DNA of 64,000 nt from Amoebidium appalachense (GCA_963693365.1 CAVNZM010000009.1:2668231-2732230), one strand, 5' to 3'; positions 13,733 to 64,000 are shown, counted from the stretch's first letter. The notes: generated by a model not told the origin, from the letters alone. Program-made: numbers and translations.

Positions 13733-14416
13733 AGGTACAGAGAATGATGTGGGACTGCTGGCAGCCCGTACCCAATCAGAGGCCACGGTTTAGCGAACTG
13801 GTTGGAAGGCTGGCAGAGATTTTTGCGGCACAAAAACCAGCGAAGATACAGAAAGTAGGTGTCCGAATTCTCTAGCTTCTTCCTTCCTTTTTATTTCTTG
13901 TTTCCTTCCTTACTTTTCTTTTTTTTTCTGATTTGCTTTTTTATACGTGTGTGCGGTTGTGAGAGAGAGAGGGGGGGGGGGGGGGATGGGGATGGGAATT
14001 AAAAAACTAGAAAACTAAGCCAGAAACCGGAGCAAGAGAAGGATGGATGGTATTCCAATAACAATTTTCCTTGCGGGATACATACGTCATACCTGGGTGG
14101 TGGCTTGCACTATTCATCGAATTTTAAAGAAGGTAAAAAGTCTATAAGGCTCACACCTTTTTTTTTAATCCAAAACAGCTGCCGACCGGCGAAATTGAAC
14201 TGACAGAGGCCAAACCAAATGAAGTCATGAAGAGTGAAAAACCGCAAGTCTCATCCCGTGTTCCTGATCAGGTATAAAACCCTCCCTGCCACCGTCACAC
14301 ACAGATGCGCTTCTAAAGAGAGAGAGAGAGCGGGGGTGGGGCCGAGTGAGAAGGGAGGGAGGGAGAAAGGGAGGGAGGGAGGAGTCCCCACCAAAGCACA
14401 CACCCGCCCGCGCGCG

Positions 14417-14490
<74 letters not shown>

Positions 14491-14504
14491 TACACACAAA
14501 CGCA

Positions 14505-14562
<58 letters not shown>

Positions 14563-15544
14563 TACACAACCCCCCCCCCCCCCCCCCCAAAACACACACA
14601 CACACACACACACATGCACACATACTACAGACACATGCGCGCCCGTGCGCGCGTACACGTGTGCGTGGGCGCACGTATACACACGCACACACTGTCACGA
14701 ACACCTATGCTATACTTCACACAAAGGAGTGGGTTGCCTTCAATGTAGAGGTAGGAAGGGAGGGGAGGAGCGAGAGAGAGAGGGGGGGGGGGGGGGGGGG
14801 GGGGGAGTGAGAGTGACGGAGAAGAAGAAAACGGGTAAGAACACAGAAAGTTTCAAGGTGTTTAGTGGCTGTCAGGTGTGCGCATTTTGTGTACATGATA
14901 CTGTGTGCCATATTGTGCACGTGTGTGCGGCGTATTCACATGTTTTGCTAATTTTGGGGATGTGGGGGCTTTTAGGTTCATGTGCATGTATACTGGCATA
15001 CATACGCACACGCATGCGCACATGCACACACACATGCTTGGACTACAAGCACACATTTGGCTGACTGTTTTGCAATCCGCAGGTGATTGTGGATATTGAT
15101 CAGGATGAAGGGTCCGAAAATTCAACCGATGAGGATGAAGGGTTCGAAAATTCAACTCCCAGGGGGGTCGGTAGCCCCATTGATAGCCGAACAGTGGATG
15201 CAAACACCCCTCCGGACGCGCCGCAAATTGATAGTTTGGACGGATGGCGGATGGATGGATATGTTGATACCAATGCAAAAGCAGATACCAAGTGTGAAGG
15301 AGTTGAAAATTCAACGGAGAGGGGGATCCCCAACAATGGCCGAGCAGTGGATGCAAACCCCCCTCCAGGGGCCCCCCAACTTGAAAATATGAATTATGAG
15401 GATGGATATGTCGACACGAACTCCAAAGCAGATTCTCAGGGTGAACGCAGGAGGAAAAACGATGCGAGCAGCACCGGGGAGTGTGAGAAAAATGTTGATG
15501 TTGGCGCCATTCGATTGGGCACAAATCATTGTGTGGCATTGTAG
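1246..15544 (+). CDS. Receptor tyrosine kinase, multi-exon (extracellular region with TSP1 repeat, single TM helix, tyrosine kinase domain, acidic tail); start codon not located
   Basis: Phase-compatible GT-AG exons: 1246-1768 (extracellular); 2905-3058 ([17 protein letters not shown]1); 3557-3652 ([31 protein letters not shown]); 4301-4346; 4711-4759; 5618-5734 (LGEGHYGVV); 6325-6422 (VAVK); 6972-7102; 7977-8131 ([11 protein letters not shown]); 10584-10661 (KVSDFGMAR); ~11138-11236 ([17 protein letters not shown]); ~12090-12128; ~13041-13109; 13732-13855 (CW..RPRF); ~14179-14271; 15083-15544 (stop). Small exons between 12.1 and 13.1 kb are uncertain. Confidence 0.9.
8254..10212 (+). mobile_element. 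Head-to-tail array of a 453-bp non-coding element (4 full units + 147 bp) in the RTK intron 8132-10583, flanked by poly-C
   Basis: TTGGGCCCTCCCTGAGG recurs at 8254, 8707, 9160, 9613 and 10066 (period 453); the ORF-track translations of the units are identical; the array ends at GCATTCAAAA followed by a C-run; homologous dispersed copies occur elsewhere in the window. Confidence 0.9.
10253..10380 (+). mobile_element. Degenerate older copy of the element 3' module directly after the array
   Basis: GATGGCTTGGGTCTTCCCTG...CTTCGTACTCTGTAAGGCATCCTAACC resembles GATGACTTGGGCCCTCCCTG...CTTCGTACTGTGTTCCGCATTCAAAACC. Confidence 0.6.
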
Positions 15545-15632
15545 GGCGAGAAACCAAGGGTGAACCCTAATTCCACTTGAGGATATTAACCTGCATGTGT
15601 GCGTGTGCGTGTGTGTGCGTGTGCGTGTGCGT

Positions 15633-15699
<67 letters not shown>

Positions 15700-15822
15700 C
15701 GTGCGTGCGTGTGCGTGCGTGCGTGCGTGCGCGCGCACGCCTGAGAGATGGTGTGGTTGTGTGGGCTCGCGATGAAAGAGAAGAAGGAGAGACAAGTTCG
15801 GAGGGAGGGTGGGGGGGCTGGG

Positions 15823-15865
<43 letters not shown>

Positions 15866-16250
15866 CAATGTGTCGGTGCCCAGGTCTGCGTGTTTGTGTG
15901 TGTGGTTGGTGTCCAGTATCCCTCCTTCTTTATTTTTAATTTTAATTTTATTCTATTTTTGTTTTTGTTTTTATTACAGTAGGAGAATTGGGTTCACAAT
16001 TTATGTTGTTACAAGCTACCCAAAATGTAGCATATATTTAAAGAAAATACCATATACCCCTCGTGTATTATTTCAACGCAGGCGCGTACATCATGAGTTA
16101 TTGTGACGCTGAAACACACGGTTATTTTTACTTCACCGTCAATTTAGGATTTCTGTTGAAAATGTACTGCGTAGATAGGGAGCGAGACTGCATATTAGAT
16201 ACACCCTTAAAGTTTTCTCCAACGCATTGGTGGTGTCAAGTCATCCCGTT

Positions 16251-16328
16251 AAGTTACGAATAATCCAGTAATAAGTTATCTTTAAGTTACAAACATTCCA
16301 GTAATAAGTTATCTTTAAGTTATGAACA
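16251..16328. repeat. 33-bp minisatellite, about 2.3 copies
   Basis: AAGTTAC.AA.A.TCCAGTAATAAGTTATCTTT repeated in tandem. Confidence 0.7.
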
Positions 16329-18338
16329 ATCTCGTTAACAGCTCGCCGGATTGGTTGAACCATCCGGGGCAGCGATTATCTTTTTGTCTTTCTTTCTTTC
16401 TTTTTTTTTTTACGCGAATGCGATTTGAAAATAGAGTAGGTTGGACACGATCAGGTGTATCAGTTAAATATATATAAATTACGTAGATATATCACTAAGG
16501 TTGAAAGTTGTAGAAATAGATAGTTGCTGCTACGAGCAACTTCTAGTACGGGTGACGTAAATAGTCGAATACCAAATACATTTATTTTATTAAATGAATT
16601 AGACCCACATATGTCACAGTGTGACACACCATTATCGGCTGAGTTGCTCTCTGAATCAATAAAAGGCAACCAATGAGCTGACTCCCTGCATGCATAATTC
16701 TAGAAATAGTCACAACATCTTGGCCCTTAAAACATACATGCACACATGTGTACACACACACACACACAAAACTTCTGCAACTCCACATCCTGATCGATCC
16801 CTCCTGGCCCCTTCCCCTCCCCTCTCCCCCCTCCCCCCTCCCCCTCCCCTCCGGACCCCCCAGCACTAAGACTTGAGCCCCCCCCTCCCCCCCCCCCCCT
16901 CATGTCCGCTGATGGTATTATGTTTAATGATATGGTTTCCTCCCGTGTCTCCAAAGCCAAAAAATGTCTAAATTGGTATAGAATCAACCACCTGTCTGTC
17001 ATAGGAATCACCCACCCCTCTAATTGACTTAAGCTCTTCAAAGTTTTTGTTCGTCCTTCATGTGAATATGGTTTGCCCCTTTTAGCCTTAGCCCCTGCCG
17101 TCGTATATCAGGAAGCCCTTAAACCTTTAATTTCTTTTCAGTATGGAGAGGTTAATAAGTTTTAGTTGGTAGTGGTATCCCCTTCCCCCATCGGTTATTT
17201 GGTTGTATCTTTGCACTCACACAACCCACACATCGCCATGCACACACTCGCACTTCGCTTTCACTTTCACATCGAACGCGTACAACGCAGCGCACCCAAC
17301 CACCCACTGTTCCGTCACCACTTCTCACTCCCCCGCCCCCCTGACCTCCACCTTTTCCCCAATCCCTCCAAAATCTCCCTGCTTCGTGCCTTTAAGCCTT
17401 ACCGCACTATACTCCCACCCCATCCCAACCTTCACGACACTCCCCTCCTACACACACGCATGGACCGTTTATTACACGCACAACACAAAACACGCATCTC
17501 CAACACATTTAACGCAAGCACCCGCATACACAAACCGTTAGTGCAATATGTTTGCTCCACAGGCCGTGAAAAACGGTCTCTAGCTGATAGTATCGTGGGT
17601 TTCCCTAGTGGTTTACTAGCACAGTGGTCTCTTCAATGGCGTGCTAATCGGTTCCTGAAGTTTCCTAGACGGTGGTGCCCTAGTGGGTCACACCCTTGGT
17701 GCCGTAGCTGTGTGGGCCGGTGTATTGTGTTCCCCTTTGTTCCGTTAGCCACCAAGGCCTCCTTTTCTTCCACACTCGTCACCCACCTATCCACTTCTCG
17801 TCACCCTGCACAACACTTTACCATCATTGACTTCCTTCTTAACACGGGTGATTTTCTCACTGCCCAACTTTGTTTTCAATACCTGCGCACTCACGTCACA
17901 CACGTAATACAACCACCCTTCCAACCCGGTTAATTAGCTCCTTTTCTTTCTTCCTTTCTTTCTTTTTCTCTTCTCCCCCCCCCCCCCCTTTTTTTTTTTT
18001 TTTAGGTGTTTGTGTGTGTGTTGTCTTAGATACTGTGTCTGTAAGGTGTGTGACTTGAGCGGCCGTGGCCGTGTAATAGGGACCATTAATATGGGGTGGC
18101 TCTCGTCTGTATTATGATGTACATATATCATGCATATGGGGCACATGTTGTGTTTCCGGATTGGCCGGAGGGAGCGGGAGCGGCCAATGAAGTGCAATGA
18201 TCCCATATAAGTACTTACAGTGAAAGATTTATGGCGGTGGCCACCATGCCAAATCCACGATACTGTCGCTTATGTCCGATGCTTTGAGAAGGAGAGTGTG
18301 TCTGTGTGTACGTGTGTTCCAGTCTGTGTGACTGTCGA

Positions 18339-18391
<53 letters not shown>

Positions 18392-18652
18392 GTGCACGTG
18401 TGTGTGAGTGTGTGAGTGTGTGAGTCGCCTCCATGGCCAGAGGGGCCCGGGCCAGGAGGATGGGGGGAATCCTGGGAGAGAGAGAGAGATGTCCACCAGT
18501 TAAGGCTATACTTTTTTACCTATGTATGCAGTCTGGGGAACTAACTGTGACATGCACCTTTTTAATCATAAAGTCAATATAATAGACCGTGTTCATGAGG
18601 AAGGAGACCCAATGTAATTAGAATTAGGGGCTAAGTTTTTTTTTTTTTTTTT

Positions 18653-18693
<41 letters not shown>

Positions 18694-19058
18694 AGAATCA
18701 TTCAGAAGATCATCGAAATCAAAGGATCTACCTAAATTGGCATATCAACATTTCAATGATCCGTTCAAGATATGTAAGTAAGCTGCAAGCAACAACAAGA
18801 AATTCTCCGAGGGAGCATATAACTGAGATTACTGTAGGCCATACTATAGCTAGGCCATACATGATGTATATAGAGTCCGTCGAATTCCACATCAGAGTCT
18901 CGCCTCGTTCCGAAATCCCGATCGAACCCCTCCTGGAAAGTCGTAAACACCGCTGTTTTCACCGGGTGGGTCACCAGGGGCCGCGAGCAAAACTGCTACG
19001 GGCCGGGGATTCCAGAGGTATTTTCCCAAGGTAGGTGCCAGCCGGTGCGTTTTTGTTT

Positions 19059-19102
<44 letters not shown>

Positions 19103-19841
19103 ATCACGTTTTGTTCCCGGAGGGCCTTTTCAGGCCCTCTAGGGAAACTACCGTCTACCACACAGCACCGACAGTACACTAGTTAAGGTGCTATCTATGA
19201 GTTCAGCTAAGCTAAACCATCCTTCACAACCTAACTATAAGTACACACTTTGCCCAGGGCTACTACCCCAGCCACGCCGGCAGGAGTGCTGGTGCGGTGG
19301 TGGGGTCGTGATTCCGAGGGCCTCCCTGGAGGGGCGAGGGACCTCGGAAAAGAGGGAGGCAGGTGGGAGGGACGGCGGAAGTGGAGGGAGGGTGGGTGGG
19401 TTGAGGATGGGTTGGTGGGTGAGGGGGTGGTGTGGTGGTGGTTGTGGTGGGGGGGAGGGGGGAGGGGGGGAGGGGGGAGGGGGGGGGGGGAGGGGGGCGA
19501 GAGGATCCGGAGGGGGGGGGGGGAGGGGGGGGGGGGGCTTGATGGATTTGGGGGCCTTAGCTATGGAGAGGCCGCAAGTGATTCCCCCCCCCCCCCCCCC
19601 TCCCCTCCCTCCCCCCCCCCCCCCTTCCCCCTCCGCCCGTGGCCCCACCTTTCTTTTATGTTGGCAAATTGCATGTACACGCACGTCATGACCAACATCA
19701 CACAACAAACATTTCTTTAAAATTTATTCTGGCTGTGAGCAGGTGTATGTTCCTGCATTTAAGTACTAACGTCTAACATGAAAAACCATTTAAGAAACAC
19801 CGGCAAGAAACAGTGGCATCTTATACTGTACCTTTTAAAAA

Positions 19842-20957
19842 TCAATCGTGTTTACCCTTGGGGCAATATGCAACGTTAACACCACTATGGCCCCTCCATG
19901 TTCGTACCACCTCAGGCCACGGAAACAGAACCGACCAAATCCCATTACCAAAAATAGGCGTCAGAAGCAGATTCCATTTGCTCTCATGTTCACATCGATT
20001 CTTTAAACACTCGAGCAAAAAAGACGGAAAGCGACGCCAAGAAACCCGTAATTTTCGTAGGAATTGCATGGTGGAAAGGTTACAAAACAGGAGAAACAAC
20101 TGTACAAACAGAAGATACCCCACACAAAAACACAACATAAAAAGCGGTACGAATATAATCGAAAGACCCAATCCGAAATGTCGACATCTCTCCGTCCTCA
20201 CTGCTGATTGGCGCATCGACCCGGTGCCTTGTGACATTGGACCAGTAAAAACGCTCAAAAATGGAAAAATCGAGTCAGAGATTGGTCCGTTTTTACCCGC
20301 CGTCGCCGCCATATACGGTTGCACAAGGCAATCCGAGAAAATTGGTCCCGTAATTACCAGCGCGTAGGCTAGACTGAATGCAGCGTAGCATAAAAACAAC
20401 AGGAAAAACGCATAATTGTCGCGCCCGACACACCCATTGGTGAACGGGCAGTGGTGATCTACTAGATCGACACACTTTCTGCACACCCGGCAATGTTCCG
20501 CGCCTGGGGGTTTATCCCGGTTGCAGTATCGGCAGAACCTCGTCTGTGATTGGTTAATCTCCGACACACTGGCTGGATTTGAAGCTGCTTTTGAAGTAGG
20601 AAGAGGGCCTGATGTGGGTGCTTGTACAGGTGGGATTTCCGTGCTCGTGGGGTCTATTTGCTGCGTGTTGGGGGTATTCAAAGTTTGTGAAGTCGCGGGT
20701 TTGGACCCTCCTGAGCCTGAAAGGGGAAAAATATGTGTCAGAATACGGGTAAAAGGCAGGTAAAACGAGACTCAGTGTGGACTGATTCGTTTGCATAACC
20801 GCCTTAACGGGAGTGTCTTTAGGGCGGTAGTTTTGGTGGTTTGTAATGTTTACATAATGGAGGGGTGTGTCCGTGTGTCTGTTGGTGTGTGTGGACATGG
20901 AGGGAGGGTTTTTGAGTGGTAATGAGGTGTGCGGGTATGGGGCCAATGAGCTCTTGT

Positions 20958-21039
<82 letters not shown>

Positions 21040-21630
21040 CGTGCGTGTGTGTGTGTATGTGTGTGCGCGCGCGAATGTGTGAGTGTGAGCGTGTGAGTGT
21101 GTGTGTGTGTGCGCGCGCGAATGTGTGAGTGTGAGTGAGTGTGTGAGTGTGTTTGTATGTGTGTGTGTATGTATGTCTCTCTCTCTATCTGTGTACGGGT
21201 GTCTGCACAGTGTGCATGAGTCCGTACGTTCTGTGGAACACACTCTTTCCTTCTCTCTTGCTTGTATATCTGATGTGTATGTGGAACGTGAATGCATGTG
21301 CCTGTTGGTAGGAGTCTGTGCGTGATGTATACGGTGGCTTTGGGCAAATTGGGGGTAGAAGCACAAGAGGGCGCGGAGCAAGTAGGAAAAAAGGAGGGGG
21401 GGGGGGGGGGGGGGGAGGGGGGAGGGTCGGTCCAATGTGAGAGTGGAATTGAGAATAAAAAATTGGAACAGGGTAGAAGACAGAGATTCGAAAGTGATGG
21501 CAGGGGCCGGGGGAGGGGGGGGGGGAGGGGGGGGGAGGGGGGGGGGAACCTGTAACTCCAAGTGTATGATTTTTTCAGAGCGTGTGAAAGTTTTTTTTAA
21601 TGTTGTGTTGCACTTACGCGCACGCACGGG

Positions 21631-21697
<67 letters not shown>

Positions 21698-22979
21698 GTA
21701 GGGGGGTGGGGGGGTGGGGGTGGGGATTCTTTTTTCAACACACAAGTGAGGGGTTAAAGAGTAAGACAAAAATTTTGCAAGAGAAAATGAAACGGCAATG
21801 AAGTATCATCCATGGCCATGAGATCTTTCACTTTGTGTTCAATGGGACTAGAAGCAAGGTGGTTTTCGAGAGGTTGATATAGTAGGTTAAGGGGGGGAGG
21901 GGCAGATGAAACAGGATGAGGAAAGACAAAAATGGCGCTTTAACTGCAAGCATGGGAGGGAAGGAGAACAGGTGTGAGGAAGATGTGCTTATGGCCACAT
22001 GATGAGGGGGGAGGAGTTTGATAGCGTGCCTTGGAAGAAAGAAGAAAAAAAGGGCGGGCAGGGGGGGGGAAGGGGGAGAATGAGAGTAAGTGAAAAGGAA
22101 AGAGGGAGAGAAAGAGTAGCATAAGAGAAAAAGAGAGAGATGGGGAGAGGGAAGCGCAAGAACGGACGGTGGGGGGCCCAGAGAGCGACAGACAGGCAGA
22201 CAAAGAGAGAGATAGAGACGAGAAAGAGGGTGGGTGGGGGGGTGGATGGGAGGGAGGGAGGAGGGGGGAAGAGAAAGAGAGAGAGAGACGCAGGGAGGGA
22301 GAGAGGGAGAGAGGGAGAGAGAGAGAGATCGAGAGAGAGAGAGAGAGGGAGAAAGTGAGAGAGACAGACAGAGATAGGGGGAGAGATAACCCAGGAGGCG
22401 GGAGGGGGGACAACACAGTGTCTGAGTACGGGCAGGGGAGATAGGCAGAAACCATACGAAACAATGTGTTATGTGTGTGTGCGCGCACATTTGCCTGCAG
22501 GTGGTATTTATCGTTCAGAACAGTTGGGAGCTGTAAAAGAAAGGAGGAAAGGCCAAATTCTGTGACTAAATGAAGCAGTAACGACACAGCCACAATTCGC
22601 CTGGTCAGAAGACATGCCACTATTTACCTTCATTTCCAGTTCTTGGTTGCAGCTCAGCCGAAGGTGGAGTAGCTACAGTTGTAACATACAAGGCCAACCC
22701 CGTCAAGGCAATGTAGCTGGTAAACAAAACATGAAACCACCACCATATAACATGCTTTCCCTTGACTGTAAACTCAAGTGTCCAGGCGAAGTGAACAAAA
22801 ACACAAAACGCATAGACTGCAAATATGGATGTGACCAATCCGTACGAAACTAGTTTTTGCGTGGGTCGCCCCAACCCACCGGGTATCAAGTTGTCAAGGG
22901 CATCTATTACAAGTGGGAGCTGGATTATGCCTGTTATGGCTATAAGAATCCATGAGAGTGTTTCCATAGATAGCTCCAT
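19842..22979 (-). CDS. DHHC-type (zDHHC) protein S-palmitoyltransferase
   Basis: Exon 22979-22628 (ATG, hydrophobic TM segments, ends ...TVATPP..NE G|gtaaat) joins in phase to exon 20716-19842, which carries CRYCNRDKPPGAEHCRVCRKCVDLVDHHCPFTNGCVGRDNY and further TM helices. Additional small exons cannot be excluded. Confidence 0.9.
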
Positions 22980-23961
22980 GACTACTGTAAAGGATTGTCG
23001 GATATGGGCCCCGCGGGAAAACAATATTTTCTCTTTATAAATGCCTGCTGCTAGTGAACGACGGATGCATTAGGCCGGTTTTATAAAAAGAATAAGGGAA
23101 AGAAAAAAACTTAGCACGCAGTAATTTGTGTTGTGTATACATATAAAGCGTCAGCTCAGACTTTGAAAAATGCATGAAGCTGATAACAGTAACTTTTTCT
23201 GGCGAGCTACATAGTGTGGCCCAGTTTGTTTGTTCGAGTCCGTTTTTGCGCCGAAATCGGTGCGCCAAACTCTGAAGTGCCAAGCTGAGCGTTAATTGGT
23301 TGTTGGCGCATCGATTACGTCATCATACCTCGGGAATAAAAATGCCGTCTTTCTGAAGTACGAATAGAGAGTGGCGAGGTTCACGCGGCACAAGTGCATT
23401 TCCCTTCCATACCGGCCAGCAGGTAAAGGAATAGTAAGGGGATTGGCCATCTGCATGGACATATGTATAGAGTTCGCCTGTAACGGTATCCGATGATCTA
23501 TATCGGTGTATATGACAGCCGGGCGCGGACGGAGCTACTGTAGACACTAGATGCATGGTAGTATCGATATCAGAGTCCTTGCAAACTTTGAATCAGGAAG
23601 ATTAATTAATGTAACTCGAACGTATGGCTTGGAAAGGTCATGTTTATGTGGTAGCTCCAGGCCCCGGGGAAAAGAATTTGCTTTTTACACGCGTCCATGC
23701 CAATCTTCCGTGTATTATATATACACGCTGGCGCAAGCGCATTAATTCGTGTGCGTTGGTGTGCGTGCATTCCCAGACCCATGCATATGGTGTGTGTGTC
23801 TCTCTCTCTCTGCGTGTGTGTGAGCATGCACGCGTGTTTCGCGTGTCTGTGTGTATATACTTTCTTCTTTCTTTCCTTTCCAGCCCCCCCCCCCCCCCCC
23901 CCCCCCTCTTTCTTTTCTTTTTCTTCTCTCTCTCTATGTGTGTGTGTGTGTGTTTTTTTTT

Positions 23962-24021
<60 letters not shown>

Positions 24022-24045
24022 GGTGGTGGTGGTGGTGGTGGTGGT

Positions 24046-24115
<70 letters not shown>

Positions 24116-24644
24116 GGAATAGAGCTATTATCAAAAGTTTAACATAACATTGACAGGTATGTATAGCAGCCACGGCAGTCCTCATCTACTCAAATATTCG
24201 ATAACATTGTGAATACTAGAAACCACGGTTATGACAGGTCACATGCCAGCATACACCTGTTCCTTAACAAACTGAAAAGTTGAATTAAAATACCAATACC
24301 CTACCCCAAGATAAAACTTCAAGTGATACGTCCACCCACTATGGCATATGTATGGGGGATGAGCCTTGGCTTTGGGCAGCTCATACACCCGTTTACACGA
24401 ACAAAACCAAGTGCTCTCAAGTAACGGGAAAAAACAATTGCTACGGGCCACTTCTATAATACCGGCCACCATTTTAGTGATTTCCAACATCAGACACTTT
24501 CTCCCAAACAAAACCCTAACTGTCTAACCCACAATACCTCTGACACAGATATACTTTTCGTTTCATGTTTGTACATTCTGCTTCAGTTTAACAGTTGCCA
24601 ACACTTCATGTTCTTACCCCGTTTTCTTGTATGCCGTATACGGT

Positions 24645-43192
<18,548 letters not shown>

Positions 43193-44073
43193 CTTAGACC
43201 CCTTCCACCACCCTTCCGAGCAAAACCTGTTATAACAACGTCTTTTCCCCCCAACCACTATATAACTACGCCTTCTCGAGCTCCCCCCTCCAAGGCTTCA
43301 ACACGAGTCGACCTTCACACACTGAGTTACCGAAGCCGCTGGCGGTTGCGGCCCAGATTATCACTTTTGCGTAAAAATCCGAAAATCACGTGCCCAATGA
43401 CGTCATATGCCTCTACTGACTGGATAGTTTTTGGCGCCAAATATTTGAATTTGAGACCTTGTACAAGTTGTCAGCGCCGCACTCAGCACAGCCATCAGCC
43501 ACAAAACACGATACAAAAACGCCTTCCGGTTTTGTTCTTGTTTTTGTATTTTTGCCAGTTTATATAGCTGTACTTTTTTCCTTCTTTTACAGCTATATGA
43601 GTATGAGGATTATTGGCACTCAGACACCTACTTTTGTAGCGGCTTTTCCGTCCTAATATTAGCAAGCGATTTTCATCGGGGCAGAACGAAATGCTAAGAA
43701 GGGGCTTCGTTATGGTAAAGTCAAGTTAAATTTACCACACATAAATTCTTGATATATATAGATTTAGCTTATTTACAGTACGTATGATGACCATGAGCCT
43801 TGACTATGCGTTCATGAGCCCTTAGTCACAATAACCTTTCACAGCATCGTCTGGCGGCCTTCATCCCTTAAGTTCGTAACCCAACACACCGTTTTTTCTT
43901 TAGCACTCATTCTCTTGTAACTTTCTTCGTTTCTTTGCTCCTTCTGCTTATTTATCTCAGAATTTTTCACCGCATGGAAAAGAAAACCCTTGTATTTGTG
44001 GATACAGCAAAGAGCATGGATTAGTACTTTTCACAGGGCAAAACGGAAGTTTTCGGAAGGCCAGCTGGGCACA
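43193..44073. promoter_or_regulatory. Divergent NCBP1/RMI1 promoter region with an E-box, CCAAT, CRE, E2F palindrome and CHR-like motif cluster
   Basis: CACGTG 43387-92, CCAAT 43394-98, TGACGTCA 43398-405, TTTGGCGCCAAA 43430-41 and TTTGAA 43444-49, lying between two head-to-head ATGs 882 bp apart. Confidence 0.6.
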
Positions 44074-50892
<6,819 letters not shown>

Positions 50893-51109
50893 TGGTCATG
50901 TGGATGTGGGTGTTTGTGTAAATGCACATGGTGTTTTGGTGAATGCTGTGGAGTTGTATGGTTGGAATGTGTACGTGTCGTGCATGCTTTCTATATGCAC
51001 GCAATATTGGTACGGTTCACAAACGTGTACTCCTGCACTCATAGTAATACCTACAACACACAGGGTTACGCAAGCGCACGCAAACGTGTGCGGCGCGCGG
51101 GTGCGCGCG

Positions 51110-51170
<61 letters not shown>

Positions 51171-51862
51171 TAGCGAATGGAGGGGTTAGCCACGATGAGC
51201 TCGAAGGAAGACAGTGTCCATAACACACCTGTTTTCTAGAGCCCAACAAATCAATCTCTTTTCACAGATTTATTGTGTAATGGGCGTGTCACGTGCCGGA
51301 GTCAAGTTTGCATGAATGGTATGTACAAGGGACCTAGATTGGTGAGTACTGTACAGATATCTAGCATACGTGAAAAGTATACGGCATGAAGCAGAGTCCA
51401 TTTAACCGTCGGTTTCAGATAAGTATAAGCTAATTTAGAACGAACAAAAATAAAATAATTGCGAGCACGAGATTCTATCACACACCCCATTTCACGAATT
51501 TATGGCTTGGTGTGTTACTGCTAAAGAGTCCTCTGAAAAACGTGCACAAGCCCAATTTATTTCTTTTAAGAGTCCTACACACATCTATCACACTTTCACA
51601 ACTAATATTGTTGTGTGCATTCAATCCTCACGAGCTAAATTCCAGAAAAATCATCTCAAACAGAATTCGTGTCCATTTTTTCACTCTCAGAACGTTGGAT
51701 CGACATACTTATTTCCATTCACTAAGCTAAATAGAAATTCATTTCAATGTTTCCCTCGAAATATTAAACCACACCCACCGCTCTTCATTTTCGGGTGTGG
51801 AAACACCTCGTCGGTATGTCATTCGCGCATCTCTTTCCCCTTCTTCCACCCAAGAACAACGC

Positions 51863-63665
<11,803 letters not shown>

Positions 63666-64000
63666 CTGTGGGTGGGTGCACACATAGATGTTTTTAGTAC
63701 ACGTAAGTGTTTTGCAATCGTAAGTGTTTTGCATACGTGCATGTTTTGCACAAACACGTGTCTAGCGCACGTACAATTTTAGCACACATGCACGTTTGGC
63801 AATCCTTTTTTTTTTTTCCTCCCTTTTTTTCTTGCTTTTTTTGGCGGGGGTGGGGGGGGGAGGGGGGAGGGGGGAGGGGTGGTTCTCAGTATATGGGTAT
63901 GGATGAGAAAGACATGACATGAGACAGGAGAGGGAAATGTGGTGACATAGGGAGGGGACGGGATGTGCAGGAAAAGAGAGGGAGAGGGAGGTGCCGGGGG

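Noticed and set aside
22488-22534. Extra DHHC exon (LPTVLNDKYHLQ, GC donor)
   Set aside because: It is phase 0 while the flanking exons require phase 1, and the compatible frame contains a stop.

Overview
Intron-rich eukaryotic DNA, most consistent with a unicellular holozoan (inference from an HRDLAARN receptor tyrosine kinase plus animal-like housekeeping genes). Introns are packed with (CA/GT)n, (GA/TC)n and poly-C/poly-G tracts, which generate most of the spurious ORFs in the track. Five spliced genes can be reconstructed by hand: a TSP1-containing receptor tyrosine kinase (+, start not located, ends 15544), a DHHC palmitoyltransferase (-), NCBP1/CBP80 (-), RMI1 (+, divergent from NCBP1) and PI4K III-beta (-, 5' end outside the window). 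The first main observation is a non-coding mobile element family: a 4.3-copy perfect 453-bp tandem array plus about 16 dispersed or degenerate copies. The best-preserved copies share a 3' end at a poly-C tract and have variable 5' truncation, nearly all copies are in host-sense orientation, and the longest carry a covarying, pseudoknotted RNA core with hammerhead-like motifs in non-canonical order (retrozyme-like; hypothesis). The second is three U12-type introns in the PI4K gene (two AT-AC) sharing a non-canonical RTATCCG donor.
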